Of a stretch of DNA of 64,000 nucleotides, positions 36,966-46,755 are shown piece after piece; the first letter of the stretch is position 1; each line of letters opens with the position of its first letter. A model generated the notes under the pieces. That model saw nothing but the letters and a program-made list of their open reading frames with translations. It made no database searches and had not been told where the DNA came from. The DNA is taken from positions 374-64,373 of the forward strand of contig JANNWV010000086.1 of NCBI GenBank assembly GCA_031408815.1, read 5' to 3'. This stretch comes from Gammaproteobacteria bacterium (lineage in GTDB: Bacteria > Pseudomonadota > Gammaproteobacteria > Xanthomonadales > Xanthomonadaceae). The position numbers were made by a program, and so were the translations under genes.

Positions 36966-39335
36966 ATGTCCCAACTTCGAATCCGCAAGGTTGCCGTGCT
37001 CGGCGCCGGCGTGATGGGCGCGCAGATCGCCGCCCACCTGGTCAATGCCAACGTGGACACGGTGCTGTTCGACCTGCCCGCCAAGGACGGCGACAAGAGC
37101 GGCATCGTGCACAAGGCCATCGCCAATCTCGGCAAACTCTCGCCCGCCCCGCTAGCTGCCAAGGACCGGGCGGCCGCCATTACGCCGGCCAACTACGAAG
37201 AGCACCTCGAGCTACTTAAGGGCTGCGACCTCATCATCGAGGCGATTGCCGAACGGCTCGACTGGAAGAAGGACCTGTACGCCAAGATCCTGCCCTTCGT
37301 CGCCCCGAACGCGATCCTCGCTTCCAACACTTCAGGCTTGTCAATCAATGCCTTGGCGGAAGTTCTTGATGAATCACTTCATCATCGGTTTTGTGGCGTG
37401 CATTTCTTCAACCCGCCCCGCTACATGCATTTGGCGGAGCTGATTCCCTGCGCCTCGACCGATGCTTCGGTGCTTGAAGGCCTGGAATCATTCCTGGTGA
37501 CGACCCTGGGCAAGGGTGTCGTCTATGCGAAGGACACGCCCAACTTCATCGGTAATCGCATCGGTGTCTTCTCGATCCTGTCGACCCTGCACCACACTGC
37601 CGCCTTCGGCCTGGGTTTTGACGAAGTCGATGCCCTGACCGGCCCCCTGGTCGGACGCCCGAAGTCAGCCACCTACCGCACGTCGGACGTGGTCGGGCTC
37701 GACACGATGGCCCATGTCATCAAGACCATGGCCGATACCCTGCCCAACGACCCTTGGCATGCCTATTTCAAGGCGCCGGAGTGGCTGCAGGCGTTAATCG
37801 CCAAGGGCGCGCTCGGCCAGAAGACCGGTGCCGGCATCTTCCAGAAGCGCGGCAAGGACATCGTGGTGCTCGACCTGAAGGCGCAGGACTACCGCCCGGC
37901 CACGGGCGAAGCTGCACCGGAGGTCATCGAGATCCTCAAGAACAGGAATCCGGCGGAGAAGTTCGCCAAGCTGCGCGCCTCCTCCCATCCGCAGGCGCAG
38001 TTCCTCTGGAGCTGTTTCCGCGACCTGTTCCACTACAGCGCCTTCCACCTGGAATCCATCGCCGACACGGCGCGTGACGTTGACCTGGCCATCCGTTGGG
38101 GCTACGGCTGGAACCTCGGCCCGTTCGAAGCCTGGCAGGCCGCGGGTTGGCAGCAGGTGGCTGGCTGGATCCAGGAAGACATCGCAGCCGGCAAGGCCAT
38201 GTCCAGCGCACCCCTGCCCGCATGGGCCGTCGACGGCCGCCAGGGCGTGCACGAGGCCGCGGGCAGCTTCAGCCCGGCGTCCGGTGGCGCAGTCGCCCGC
38301 TCGAGCAATCCGGTCTACAAGCGCCAGCGTTTCCCCGATCCGGTGCTGGGCGAAGTTTTCGCGCCCGGCGAGACTGTTTTCGAAACCGATTCGGTCCGGA
38401 TGTGGCATGACGGCGACGGCATCGCGGTGCTCGGCTTCAAGACCAAGATGAATACCGTTGGCGACGGCGTGCTTGCCGGCATCCAGCAGGCCATCGGCGT
38501 GGCAGAGAAGGATTTCCAGGGCCTGGTGATCTGGCAGAACCGCGAACCGTTCTCGGCAGGTGCGGACCTGTCAGGCGCCATGGCGTCGCTGGCGGCCGGC
38601 AGGATCGACGAGTTCGAAGCGATGGTCGCCAATTTCCAGGCCACCAGCCAGCGCATCAAGTACGCGCTGGTACCGGTGGTTGCAGCTGTACGCGGACTCG
38701 CGCTCGGTGGCGGCTGCGAGTTCCAGATGCACGCGGCCCGCACCGTGTATTCGCTGGAAAGTTACATCGGGCTGGTCGAAGCCGGCGTGGGCTTGCTGCC
38801 CGCAGGTGGCGGCCTGAAGGAAATCGCGACTCGCGTGGGACTTGCCGCCGGTCCGGGTGGCGATGTTTTCGCCGGACTCAAGCCCTACTTCGAAACCGTC
38901 GCCATGGGCAAGGTCTCCGCCTCCGCGCTGGAAGCCAAGGAACTCAAGCTGGCCCGCGAGTCGGACATCGTTGTGTTCAACCAGTACGAGTTGCTGCATG
39001 TCGCGCGGGAACAGGCGCGCGCCATGGCGGAGTCGGGCTATCGCCCGGCCCTGCCGCCACGCCAGATCCCGGTTGCCGGCGACGTCGGCATCGCCACCTT
39101 CAAGATGATGCTGGTGAACATGCTGGAAGGTCGGTTCATTTCCGAGCACGACATGGAAGTCTCCACGCGCATCGCCACCTGCCTGTGCGGCGGCAATGTC
39201 GATCGCGGCTCGCTGGTGGACGAGGAGTGGCTGCTGAAACTTGAACGTGAAAATTTCGTCGCCCTGGCGCTGATGCCCAAGACCCAGGAACGCATCGCCT
39301 ACATGCTCAAGAACGGCAAGCCGTTGAGGAACTGA
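36966..39335 (+). CDS. 3-hydroxyacyl-CoA dehydrogenase / enoyl-CoA hydratase fusion (dehydrogenase domain N-terminal)
   Basis: 789 aa; N-terminal Rossmann VAVLGAGVMGAQIAAH (3HCDH); C-terminal crotonase-fold region (FSAGADL). Confidence 0.9.
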   Translation: MSQLRIRKVAVLGAGVMGAQIAAHLVNANVDTVLFDLPAKDGDKSGIVHKAIANLGKLSPAPLAAKDRAAAITPANYEEHLELLKGCDLIIEAIAERLDWKKDLYAKILPFVAPNAILASNTSGLSINALAEVLDESLHHRFCGVHFFNPPRYMHLAELIPCASTDASVLEGLESFLVTTLGKGVVYAKDTPNFIGNRIGVFSILSTLHHTAAFGLGFDEVDALTGPLVGRPKSATYRTSDVVGLDTMAHVIKTMADTLPNDPWHAYFKAPEWLQALIAKGALGQKTGAGIFQKRGKDIVVLDLKAQDYRPATGEAAPEVIEILKNRNPAEKFAKLRASSHPQAQFLWSCFRDLFHYSAFHLESIADTARDVDLAIRWGYGWNLGPFEAWQAAGWQQVAGWIQEDIAAGKAMSSAPLPAWAVDGRQGVHEAAGSFSPASGGAVARSSNPVYKRQRFPDPVLGEVFAPGETVFETDSVRMWHDGDGIAVLGFKTKMNTVGDGVLAGIQQAIGVAEKDFQGLVIWQNREPFSAGADLSGAMASLAAGRIDEFEAMVANFQATSQRIKYALVPVVAAVRGLALGGGCEFQMHAARTVYSLESYIGLVEAGVGLLPAGGGLKEIATRVGLAAGPGGDVFAGLKPYFETVAMGKVSASALEAKELKLARESDIVVFNQYELLHVAREQARAMAESGYRPALPPRQIPVAGDVGIATFKMMLVNMLEGRFISEHDMEVSTRIATCLCGGNVDRGSLVDEEWLLKLERENFVALALMPKTQERIAYMLKNGKPLRN

Positions 39336-39338
39336 CCC

Positions 39339-40535
39339 ATGACCAAGCAAATCCAGGATGCCTACATCGTTGCCGCCACTCGCACCCCCGTGGGCAAGGC
39401 CCCGCGCGGTGCTTTCCGCAACGCCCACCCCGCCGACCTGCTCGCGCATGTCCTGAAGTCTGTGGTCGCGCAGGCACCCGGCATCGACACCCGCCGCATC
39501 GACGACGTGATCATCGGCTGCGCAATGCCCGAGGGCGAGCAAGGCATGAACGTGGCGCGCATCGGCGCGCTGCTTGCCGGCCTACCCGACTCCGTCGCCG
39601 CGCAGACCGTCAATCGCTTTTGTTCGTCGGGCCTCCAGGCCGTTGCGCTCGCTGCCGACAGGATCCGGCTCGGCGAGTCGGACCTGATGATCGCTGGCGG
39701 CGTTGAATCGATGAGCATGGTGCCGATGATGGGCAACAAGGTCGCGATGACGCCAAGCGTGTTCGAGAACGAGCATGTAGCGATCGCGTACGGCATGGGA
39801 ATCACCGCCGAGAAGGTCGCCGAGCAGTGGAAAGTCTCTCGCGAGGACCAGGATGCCTTCGCACTCGTGTCCCACCAGCGCGCGCTGGCCGCAATCGCCA
39901 ATGGCGAATTCGCGTCCGAGATCAGTCCTTACAACGTGGTCGCGCGGCAACCCGTGCTCGGTGGCAATACCGTGTCCGTCCGCGAAATCCTGGTACGCAA
40001 TGATGAAGGTCCCCGCGCCGATACCAGCGCCGAGGGCCTGGCGAAATTGCGGCCGGTCTTCCGCAACGGCGGCAGCGTGACGGCCGGCAACAGTTCGCAG
40101 ATGTCGGATGGTGCGGGCGCCGTGCTGTTGGCCTCCGCGCAAGCAATCAAGGACTACGGCTTGACCCCGATTGCACGCTTCGTCGGCTTTGCCGTGGCTG
40201 GCGTAAAACCGGAAGTCATGGGCATCGGTCCGAAGGAAGCCATTCCAAAAGCGCTGAAGCAGGCGGGACTGACTCGCGACCAGATCGACTGGATCGAATT
40301 GAATGAAGCCTTCGCGGCCCAGGCGCTCGCCGTCATCCGCGACCTGGGGCTGGACCCGGCGAAGGTGAATCCGCTGGGCGGTGCGATTGCATTGGGCCAC
40401 CCACTCGGCGCGACCGGCGCTGTTCGCGTCGCCACCTTGACGCATGGCCTGCAACGGCGGAAACAGAAATACGGCATGGTTACCATGTGCATCGGTACGG
40501 GCATGGGTGCAGCGGGCATCTTCGAGTCGCTCTGA
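39339..40535 (+). CDS. fadA: acetyl-CoA C-acyltransferase (thiolase)
   Basis: 398 aa; catalytic [17 protein letters not shown] and [14 protein letters not shown]; starts 3 nt after the upstream gene. Confidence 0.92.
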   Translation: MTKQIQDAYIVAATRTPVGKAPRGAFRNAHPADLLAHVLKSVVAQAPGIDTRRIDDVIIGCAMPEGEQGMNVARIGALLAGLPDSVAAQTVNRFCSSGLQAVALAADRIRLGESDLMIAGGVESMSMVPMMGNKVAMTPSVFENEHVAIAYGMGITAEKVAEQWKVSREDQDAFALVSHQRALAAIANGEFASEISPYNVVARQPVLGGNTVSVREILVRNDEGPRADTSAEGLAKLRPVFRNGGSVTAGNSSQMSDGAGAVLLASAQAIKDYGLTPIARFVGFAVAGVKPEVMGIGPKEAIPKALKQAGLTRDQIDWIELNEAFAAQALAVIRDLGLDPAKVNPLGGAIALGHPLGATGAVRVATLTHGLQRRKQKYGMVTMCIGTGMGAAGIFESL

Positions 40536-40635
40536 CGCCGAAGGCCGATGCGCGGTAGCAAGCGGCCGGTTCGATGGCCGTGGCTTTTTCTGGCACAGGC
40601 GCTAGCATGGTGCCGTTCGTCGCGAAGGGAGACGC

Positions 40636-41085
40636 ATGGCACAGTCGGGTAATAACGGGGAGTTCCACCGCGCCGACCCTGCGTATCGGCGGCAGATGCA
40701 GGTCTGGCTTGGAATCACAGTCGTATTGGGCGTGCTGCTGCTGGTGGGCTTGCAGTGGTGGTTGCGCAAGATCAGCGCCAATGCCGCCACCGGCGACCTG
40801 TTCTTCTACCAGGCCTGGCTGCACCGTCTGCTCGCGGGTCTGTGCCTGGTGCTCGGCGCGGCAGCGGCCGGCTTCGCCCAGTGGCTATTCAGGATGGCAC
40901 TTGCCAGCAGCGCCGAACGACGCTGGCCACCGAATTCGATGCGCACGTCGGCTGATGTGCGCATCCGCTACCTGACCTCAGCCGATTCGCTGGTCACCCA
41001 ACTGAAGGCCACTGCGATCGCGCTGGGCGTGTTGGCGCTGCTGCTGTGCGCCTGGGCCGTCTGGTTGTTCTGGAACGCCAGCTAG
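40636..41085 (+). CDS. hypothetical three-TM membrane protein
   Basis: 149 aa; AAGGGAG RBS upstream of the ATG; three hydrophobic helices; no family recognised. Confidence 0.5.
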   Translation: MAQSGNNGEFHRADPAYRRQMQVWLGITVVLGVLLLVGLQWWLRKISANAATGDLFFYQAWLHRLLAGLCLVLGAAAAGFAQWLFRMALASSAERRWPPNSMRTSADVRIRYLTSADSLVTQLKATAIALGVLALLLCAWAVWLFWNAS

Positions 41086-41119
41086 CGGCGCACTCGCCGC
41101 GAGCCGGCTGTTGTGCCAC

Positions 41120-41998
41120 TCAGCGGCTCAATGCATCCAGCATGTAAGCGCGCGCCGGTCCGGCGAGGTCTTCATGGTCTAGCGCGTACTGGATGGTCGC
41201 CTCCACCAGTCCGATATGGCTGCCGCAATCGAATCGTCGGCCTTGGAAGCGATAAGCCAGCACTCGCTCTTCGCGAAGCAGCGCCGCGATGGCGTCGGTC
41301 AGCTGGATCTCGCCGCCGGCGCCTGCCTGGGTGTTTTCCAGCAAGGCGAAAATCCTGCTGCTCAGTACATATCGGCCGACCACGGCCAGGGAACTTGGCG
41401 CGACTTCCGGCTTGGGTTTTTCGACGATGGCTGAAATTTCGCCGAAGTGATCGCTGAACTCTCCGGTCGCCACGATGCCGTAGCTTCCGGTCTGGTCGCG
41501 CGGCACGTCCTGCACGGCGATGACGCTGCTGGATTCGCGTTCCGCCAGGTCGGCCATCTGGCTGAGCGCGCCAGGGCCGCGATTCCAGATCAGGTCGTCA
41601 GCCAGCAGGACGGCAAAGGGTTCGTCGCCGACGACCGGCCTTGCGCAGAGCACGGCATGGCCCAGCCCCAGCGCCTCGGCCTGGGTGACGAATACGGCGC
41701 GCACCTTGGGCGGAAGTACGTCGCGGATTAGCGTCAGGAGTTCGCTCTTGCCCGCCTTTTCCAGCTTCTGCTCGAGCTCGTAGGCCTTGTCGAAATAATC
41801 GGCGACGGAATGCTTGTAGCGATTGGTGACGAACACCATGGTGTCGCAACCGGCTTCAACGGCTTCGTCGACCGCGTACTGGATCAGGGGTTTGTCTATG
41901 ACTGGAAGCATTTCCTTCGGGACCGTCTTGGTCGCGGGAAGGAAGCGGGTACCCAGGCCTGCTACCGGAAAAACGGCCTTGCGGATCCTGAAACTCAT
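41120..41998 (-). CDS. galU: UTP--glucose-1-phosphate uridylyltransferase
   Basis: 292 aa; KAVFPVAGLGTRFLPATK and VEKP motifs. Confidence 0.92.
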   Translation of the reverse strand: MSFRIRKAVFPVAGLGTRFLPATKTVPKEMLPVIDKPLIQYAVDEAVEAGCDTMVFVTNRYKHSVADYFDKAYELEQKLEKAGKSELLTLIRDVLPPKVRAVFVTQAEALGLGHAVLCARPVVGDEPFAVLLADDLIWNRGPGALSQMADLAERESSSVIAVQDVPRDQTGSYGIVATGEFSDHFGEISAIVEKPKPEVAPSSLAVVGRYVLSSRIFALLENTQAGAGGEIQLTDAIAALLREERVLAYRFQGRRFDCGSHIGLVEATIQYALDHEDLAGPARAYMLDALSR

Positions 41999-43881
41999 CG
42001 ATGGTTTTGTACCCTGTGGTGACTGGAAATCGAGACGACGTTCTTGCCGGCCGGTCGGTAATCATGGACAGTTTCGCGCAGGAATCCCTTGAAGGCATCG
42101 TCCCCGTCGCTGGATTTCAGGAGTGTGTCGAGCCGCTCCAGCGTGCGGGCCATCATCACCGGATCGACGGCGCGAGGCTCGGAACGCAACACGCGGGCAT
42201 TGATCGTCTGGGCGGAGCGTTCTTCGGGATGCAGGACCGTTTCGTGCAGTTTTTCACCGGGACGAAGCCCGGTGAACTCGATAGCGATGTCGACTCCGGG
42301 ATGCTTGCCGGCAAGCCGGATCATTTGCTCGGCAAGCTCGCGGATGGCCACCGGCTGGCCCATGTCCAGCGTAAACACCGAGGTCGTGGCCAGGGACAGG
42401 TGCGTGGTCTGGAGGATCAGCTGGCAGGCTTCGGGAATCGTCATGAAGTAGCGCGTGATGTCCGGATGCGTCACGGTGACGGGACCGCCGCGCGCGATCT
42501 GCTCGCGGAAGAGCGGGACGACGCTACCGGCGGAATCGAGCACGTTGCCGAACCGCACGATTGCCAGTGAGGTAGGACCATCGACGAACAGAGCCTGGCA
42601 GGCCAGTTCCGCGAGACGCTTGCTGGCGCCCAGCACGCTTACCGGTTCGATCGCCTTGTCGGTGGAAATGAGCACGAAATTTCGGACATTGGCGGCGCGA
42701 CACGCGCGCGCCAGGACGGCGGTCACTTGCACATTGTTGCGCATGGCCGCCCGCACCTGCGCTTCGAGCATGGGCACCTGCTTGCAGGCAGCGGCATGGA
42801 ATACGAAATCGACGCCCTGCAACACGCTTCGGTAGGCGGCTGCATCGACGCAATCGGCCAGCACGGGTTGCAGGAACAAACCGGGGAAATCGGCACGGAT
42901 CGCGCGAGTCACTTCCTCGAGCGATTGCTCGTCACGCTCCAGCAAGACCAGGCGGGCGACGCCCGCCTGCGCGCACTGATGCGCCAGTTCCGATCCGATC
43001 GACCCGCCAGCCCCGGTGATCATCACCGCGCGGGAGCCGAAGTATTCACGCACCAATTGCCAGTCGAACTGGACGGGTTCACGGCCGAGCAGGTCCTCGA
43101 TCGCCACTTCGCGAAGCTCGAACCCGCCCTGCTTGTGTTCGAGCTGGTCGGTAAGTCGGGAGACTTTCCGGAACGGCAGGCCGGTCGAATCGCAAAGTTC
43201 CACCACGCGGCGCATTTGCGCCGCGTTGGCAGACGGCATCGTGATCACCAGCAGGCTGGCGGCAGTTTCGCGCGCGACCTTGGCCAGTTCATCCAGCGTG
43301 CCGAGCACCTGCACGCCCTGGATCTTGGCGCCCTTCAGGACACGCGTGTCGTCGAGCAGGCCCACCGGGTGGTAGCGGTCCTGCGCGCGCAGTTCACGAA
43401 GCAACATCTCTCCGGCGCGGCCCGCCCCGAGGATAAGGACCCGGGTGGCGTCGGCCTTGCGGGAAAGCGCCAGGCTGTTGTCCTTCCAGAGCCGGTAGAC
43501 CAGTCTGGGCAGGCCCAGGCCCAGGATAAGGAATGGCGGATAGGGCACCAGCACGCGGCGCGGTACCTCGGGCAACATTCCCAACACCATGAAGATGGGG
43601 ACAATCAGCAACAGGCCGATAAAGGCGGCGCTGGCGATATTGACGAGGTCGGGCATGCTGGCGAAGCGCCAGACTCCGCGATAGAGGCCGACGCGCCAGA
43701 AGACGATGCCCTGGATCAGCACGACGATGGCGAGTTCCTGGAGCAGGAAGACCGAGGGTGGCGCGCCGGCCTGGCCGGCCAGCCAGCGCAGCAGCATCCA
43801 GGTCAGGACGACCATGGACAGGTCGTGCATTACCACCAGCAAGCGCGGCAATTTGGTCAGCCATGGCCAGCGCTTATTCAC
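41995..43881 (-). CDS. membrane-bound nucleotide-sugar 4,6-dehydratase (CapD/WbpM/PglF family polysaccharide biosynthesis protein)
   Basis: 628 aa; four N-terminal TM helices; two Rossmann segments (ILGAGRAG, ITGAGGSIGSEL). Confidence 0.85.
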   Translation of the reverse strand: MNKRWPWLTKLPRLLVVMHDLSMVVLTWMLLRWLAGQAGAPPSVFLLQELAIVVLIQGIVFWRVGLYRGVWRFASMPDLVNIASAAFIGLLLIVPIFMVLGMLPEVPRRVLVPYPPFLILGLGLPRLVYRLWKDNSLALSRKADATRVLILGAGRAGEMLLRELRAQDRYHPVGLLDDTRVLKGAKIQGVQVLGTLDELAKVARETAASLLVITMPSANAAQMRRVVELCDSTGLPFRKVSRLTDQLEHKQGGFELREVAIEDLLGREPVQFDWQLVREYFGSRAVMITGAGGSIGSELAHQCAQAGVARLVLLERDEQSLEEVTRAIRADFPGLFLQPVLADCVDAAAYRSVLQGVDFVFHAAACKQVPMLEAQVRAAMRNNVQVTAVLARACRAANVRNFVLISTDKAIEPVSVLGASKRLAELACQALFVDGPTSLAIVRFGNVLDSAGSVVPLFREQIARGGPVTVTHPDITRYFMTIPEACQLILQTTHLSLATTSVFTLDMGQPVAIRELAEQMIRLAGKHPGVDIAIEFTGLRPGEKLHETVLHPEERSAQTINARVLRSEPRAVDPVMMARTLERLDTLLKSSDGDDAFKGFLRETVHDYRPAGKNVVSISSHHRVQNHR

Positions 43882-44893
43882 GCGTTGCTCCCTTCCGCAT
43901 CCTTGCAGTCAACCAATGTCGTCTCATCCCGCAGTAGACCGCGGTCCCTGCTGCCCAATTGAGCATAAACAAAGACCACATAACCAAACTTGAACGAAAA
44001 CTTAGCCCAATCGCGGCCAGCCCCACCGAAATTGTCGTCCATGCGGCATAGGCCAGGCAAATCGCGAGATGGCTGCGTCCGCGCCGGACGCCGTACTGGT
44101 AAAGGTGTTCGCGGTGGGCTCGCCAGATCGGACGCCCTGCCCGGGCCCGCCGCAGCAGCGTGTAGCCGGTGTCGACAAGGATCGGCGTGGCGAACAGCAG
44201 GCACTCAGCCAGGCCGAGCACCGACTCGCTCCAGGACAGCGTGAGCAGCGCGAACACCCCGGCCCCGATTGCGTGGCTGCCCACGTCGCCCAGGAATACT
44301 CTGGCTTTCGGCAAGTTGAAAGGCAGGAACCCTGCGCAGGCGCCCGCCAGCACCAAGCCGGCGACGGACAGCCATTCGACCTGGCCTGGCCACCAGGCGA
44401 CCGCCAGTGAAATCACCAATCCTTGCGCGGCCACCAAGCCGTTGCTGCCGTCCATGAAATTGAACAGGTTGACGGTATAGGCGCAGCCCAGGACGGCGAT
44501 CGGCCATGCCAGCCACCCCGGCGCGAGCTGCGCCGGAATGGCGGAAACCAGGACCGTCGCTGCGAACAACTGCACCGCAAGCTTGGGCAAGGCGCCGAGG
44601 GGACGAATATCGTCGAATAATCCGAGGGCAGAAAACATTCCGATACCGACGGCAACCCAGCCCAACGAGGGTACTCGGGCTTCCTGCATCGCAAGCCAGG
44701 CAAAGATGGCGACCACTAGCAAGGCGATCCCGAGCCCGCCGCCGCGGGGCGTGGCAACCTCATGCACGCGCCGAGCACCAGGAAGGTCGAGAAGCTGCCT
44801 TCGCGTCGCGAAGTTGATCCAGGCCGCCGTCAGCAATCCGCTAGCCGCGGCCGCGACCACGAATCCGGCCAGGTTCCACGGAGTCGGCAACAC
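43874..44893 (-). CDS. glycosyltransferase family 4 polyprenyl-phosphate sugar-1-phosphate transferase (WbpL/WecA-like)
   Basis: 339 aa polytopic; MraY/WecA-type motifs (DDIRPL, NFMDGSNG). Confidence 0.8.
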   Translation of the reverse strand: MLPTPWNLAGFVVAAAASGLLTAAWINFATRRQLLDLPGARRVHEVATPRGGGLGIALLVVAIFAWLAMQEARVPSLGWVAVGIGMFSALGLFDDIRPLGALPKLAVQLFAATVLVSAIPAQLAPGWLAWPIAVLGCAYTVNLFNFMDGSNGLVAAQGLVISLAVAWWPGQVEWLSVAGLVLAGACAGFLPFNLPKARVFLGDVGSHAIGAGVFALLTLSWSESVLGLAECLLFATPILVDTGYTLLRRARAGRPIWRAHREHLYQYGVRRGRSHLAICLAYAAWTTISVGLAAIGLSFRSSLVMWSLFMLNWAAGTAVYCGMRRHWLTARMRKGATRE

Positions 44894-46066
44894 TCAGTCG
44901 CCTGCCGCGCTATGCAGTGGCTTGATGCTTCCCCAATGCTTGCAGCTGGGGCACTGCCAGTGATGCGCCCGCGCGCCGAAGCCACAGCGCTGGCACCGGT
45001 AACTGTTGGTGCGTACGACCAATTGGTCGGTGATCTGCTTGAGCGTGCGCAAGGACTCGGCCGGGTCATCCCCGGGGTTGTCGATGCTCAGGTCGATCAG
45101 TGCCGCCTCGCCGCGCACCGACGGACGTTGCTGGAGCTGGCGGGCGAGGAAGGCCTGGGCAGGACCGATGCCCTCGTCGCGCTGGATCAGTTGGGCCAGG
45201 GCCAACACCGGCGAGACGCCGGGGTAGTGCTCGATCATTTCCTGCAGGAAGCCCCGCGCCCGCGCGGTCTCGCCGCGGCGCTCGTAGCAGGCCAGCAAGG
45301 GACCGAGGATTTCGGGCAGGAATTCGATATCGTGGCGCGCGACCCGTTCGAACGAACGAATCGCCGCGGCATCGTTGCCCTCGGCAAGTTCCAGCCGACC
45401 TTCGATGACACCGGCCCGCACACTGTGGCTGTCTGCCGCGTAGGCGTTGCCGATTTCCTCGCGGGCCAGGTCGCTGCGATTTTCAAGACGGGCCTTTTCC
45501 GCCAGTTCGCAATGGAAGTGCGCGATGATCTTGCCCATCGGTTCGCCCGAAGTCTTCTCATACTGCACGGCGTGTTCGATCGCCTTGTACCAGTCACGTT
45601 CGAACTGGTAGATCGCGATCAGTTGTCGAAGCGCCTGCGGCGCGTGCACACCCATCTGCACCAGGTCGGTGAACAATGTTTCGGCGCGATCAAGCAAGCC
45701 GGCGCGCATGTAGTCCTCGCCGAGGGCGAGCACGGCGCGGGTCTTTTGTTCCTCGCTCAAGCCGTGCCTGGCGACCAGGCTCTGGTGCATGCGGATGGCC
45801 CGGTCGACCTCGCCCCGGCGACGGAACAGATGGCCGAGCGCGAATTGGGTTTCGACCGTGTCCTTGTCGACTTCCGCTATCTGCAGGAATATTTCGATCG
45901 CCTTGTCCTGCTGCTCGTTGAGCAGGTAGTTCAGGCCACGGAAATAGGTATTGGACAGTCGCGACACGCGCGCTCCGCCCTTGATTTCACCGCCGCGACG
46001 GCCAGCCAGCCATCCTGCAGCCGCGGCAGCAGGAATCAGGAGCAGCCAGGCGGCATGCGTCATCAT
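44894..46066 (-). CDS. lapB: lipopolysaccharide assembly protein LapB (YciM)
   Basis: 390 aa; N-terminal TM, TPR repeats, C-terminal rubredoxin-like CQRCGF...CPSCKHW. Confidence 0.88.
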   Translation of the reverse strand: MMTHAAWLLLIPAAAAAGWLAGRRGGEIKGGARVSRLSNTYFRGLNYLLNEQQDKAIEIFLQIAEVDKDTVETQFALGHLFRRRGEVDRAIRMHQSLVARHGLSEEQKTRAVLALGEDYMRAGLLDRAETLFTDLVQMGVHAPQALRQLIAIYQFERDWYKAIEHAVQYEKTSGEPMGKIIAHFHCELAEKARLENRSDLAREEIGNAYAADSHSVRAGVIEGRLELAEGNDAAAIRSFERVARHDIEFLPEILGPLLACYERRGETARARGFLQEMIEHYPGVSPVLALAQLIQRDEGIGPAQAFLARQLQQRPSVRGEAALIDLSIDNPGDDPAESLRTLKQITDQLVVRTNSYRCQRCGFGARAHHWQCPSCKHWGSIKPLHSAAGD

Positions 46067-46347
46067 TGGAAATCACCGCGGTCATGGGAAAGCTCGTTGG
46101 CATCGGGTCCGGACTGGGTTCGTTGGCTGCGACCCAGGCGCCTGCGCATCGGCCAGACGACGCCAGCAGTCACCGCCAGGCCGCCGAGCAGGGCGCCAAG
46201 CAACAACACCGTCAGCAGCACCAGGCCGAGCCGGCCGTCAACACTGCGGAACCAGAGGTCGACGTGAACGCCCTGCCGGTTGAGCGCGCCAAAAATGACG
46301 CCCATGGCCACGAAGGACAAGGCAATGATGGATTTGATCAGGCGCAT
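46063..46347 (-). CDS. lapA: lipopolysaccharide assembly protein LapA (DUF1049)
   Basis: 94 aa, two TM helices; 4-nt overlap with lapB. Confidence 0.7.
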   Translation of the reverse strand: MRLIKSIIALSFVAMGVIFGALNRQGVHVDLWFRSVDGRLGLVLLTVLLLGALLGGLAVTAGVVWPMRRRLGRSQRTQSGPDANELSHDRGDFQ

Positions 46348-46386
46348 CGGCGGCCAGTATGGAATCGTCCGCGCGGGACGAATGGA

Positions 46387-46686
46387 TCAGCGGGGGGAAG
46401 GATCTTCGCCGCCATTGACACGGTCGCGAAGTTCTTTGCCGGGCTTGAAATGGGGGACGTACTTTCCGGGCAGCGCCACGGAATCGCCGGTCTTGGGATT
46501 GCGTCCCAGACGTGGCGGACGGAAATGCAGGGAAAAACTGCCGAAGCCGCGTATCTCGATGCGCTCGCCTTCGGTCAACGCGTTGCTCATCATCTCGAGC
46601 AGGGTCTTCACTGCCATGTCCACGTCGTCGGACTTCAGGTGGCCCTGGCGCCTTGACAGTATCTCGATGAGTTCTGATTTGGTCAT
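46387..46686 (-). CDS. ihfB: integration host factor subunit beta
   Basis: MTKSELIE...[50 protein letters not shown]; start taken at the ATG (46686) rather than the upstream GTG. Confidence 0.93.
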   Translation of the reverse strand: MTKSELIEILSRRQGHLKSDDVDMAVKTLLEMMSNALTEGERIEIRGFGSFSLHFRPPRLGRNPKTGDSVALPGKYVPHFKPGKELRDRVNGGEDPSPR

Positions 46687-46715
46687 GTCAGCCACGCGTC
46701 TCGGGTGTGTCTCGT

Positions 46716-46746
46716 AAAAACATGGCCCGAGCGAACCCGGGCCATG
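46716..46746 (-). terminator. Rho-independent terminator/attenuator after rpsA
   Basis: Minus strand reads CATGGCCCG-GGTTCGCT-CGGGCCATG followed by TTTTT. Confidence 0.6.
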
Positions 46747-46755
46747 TCGTATCGC

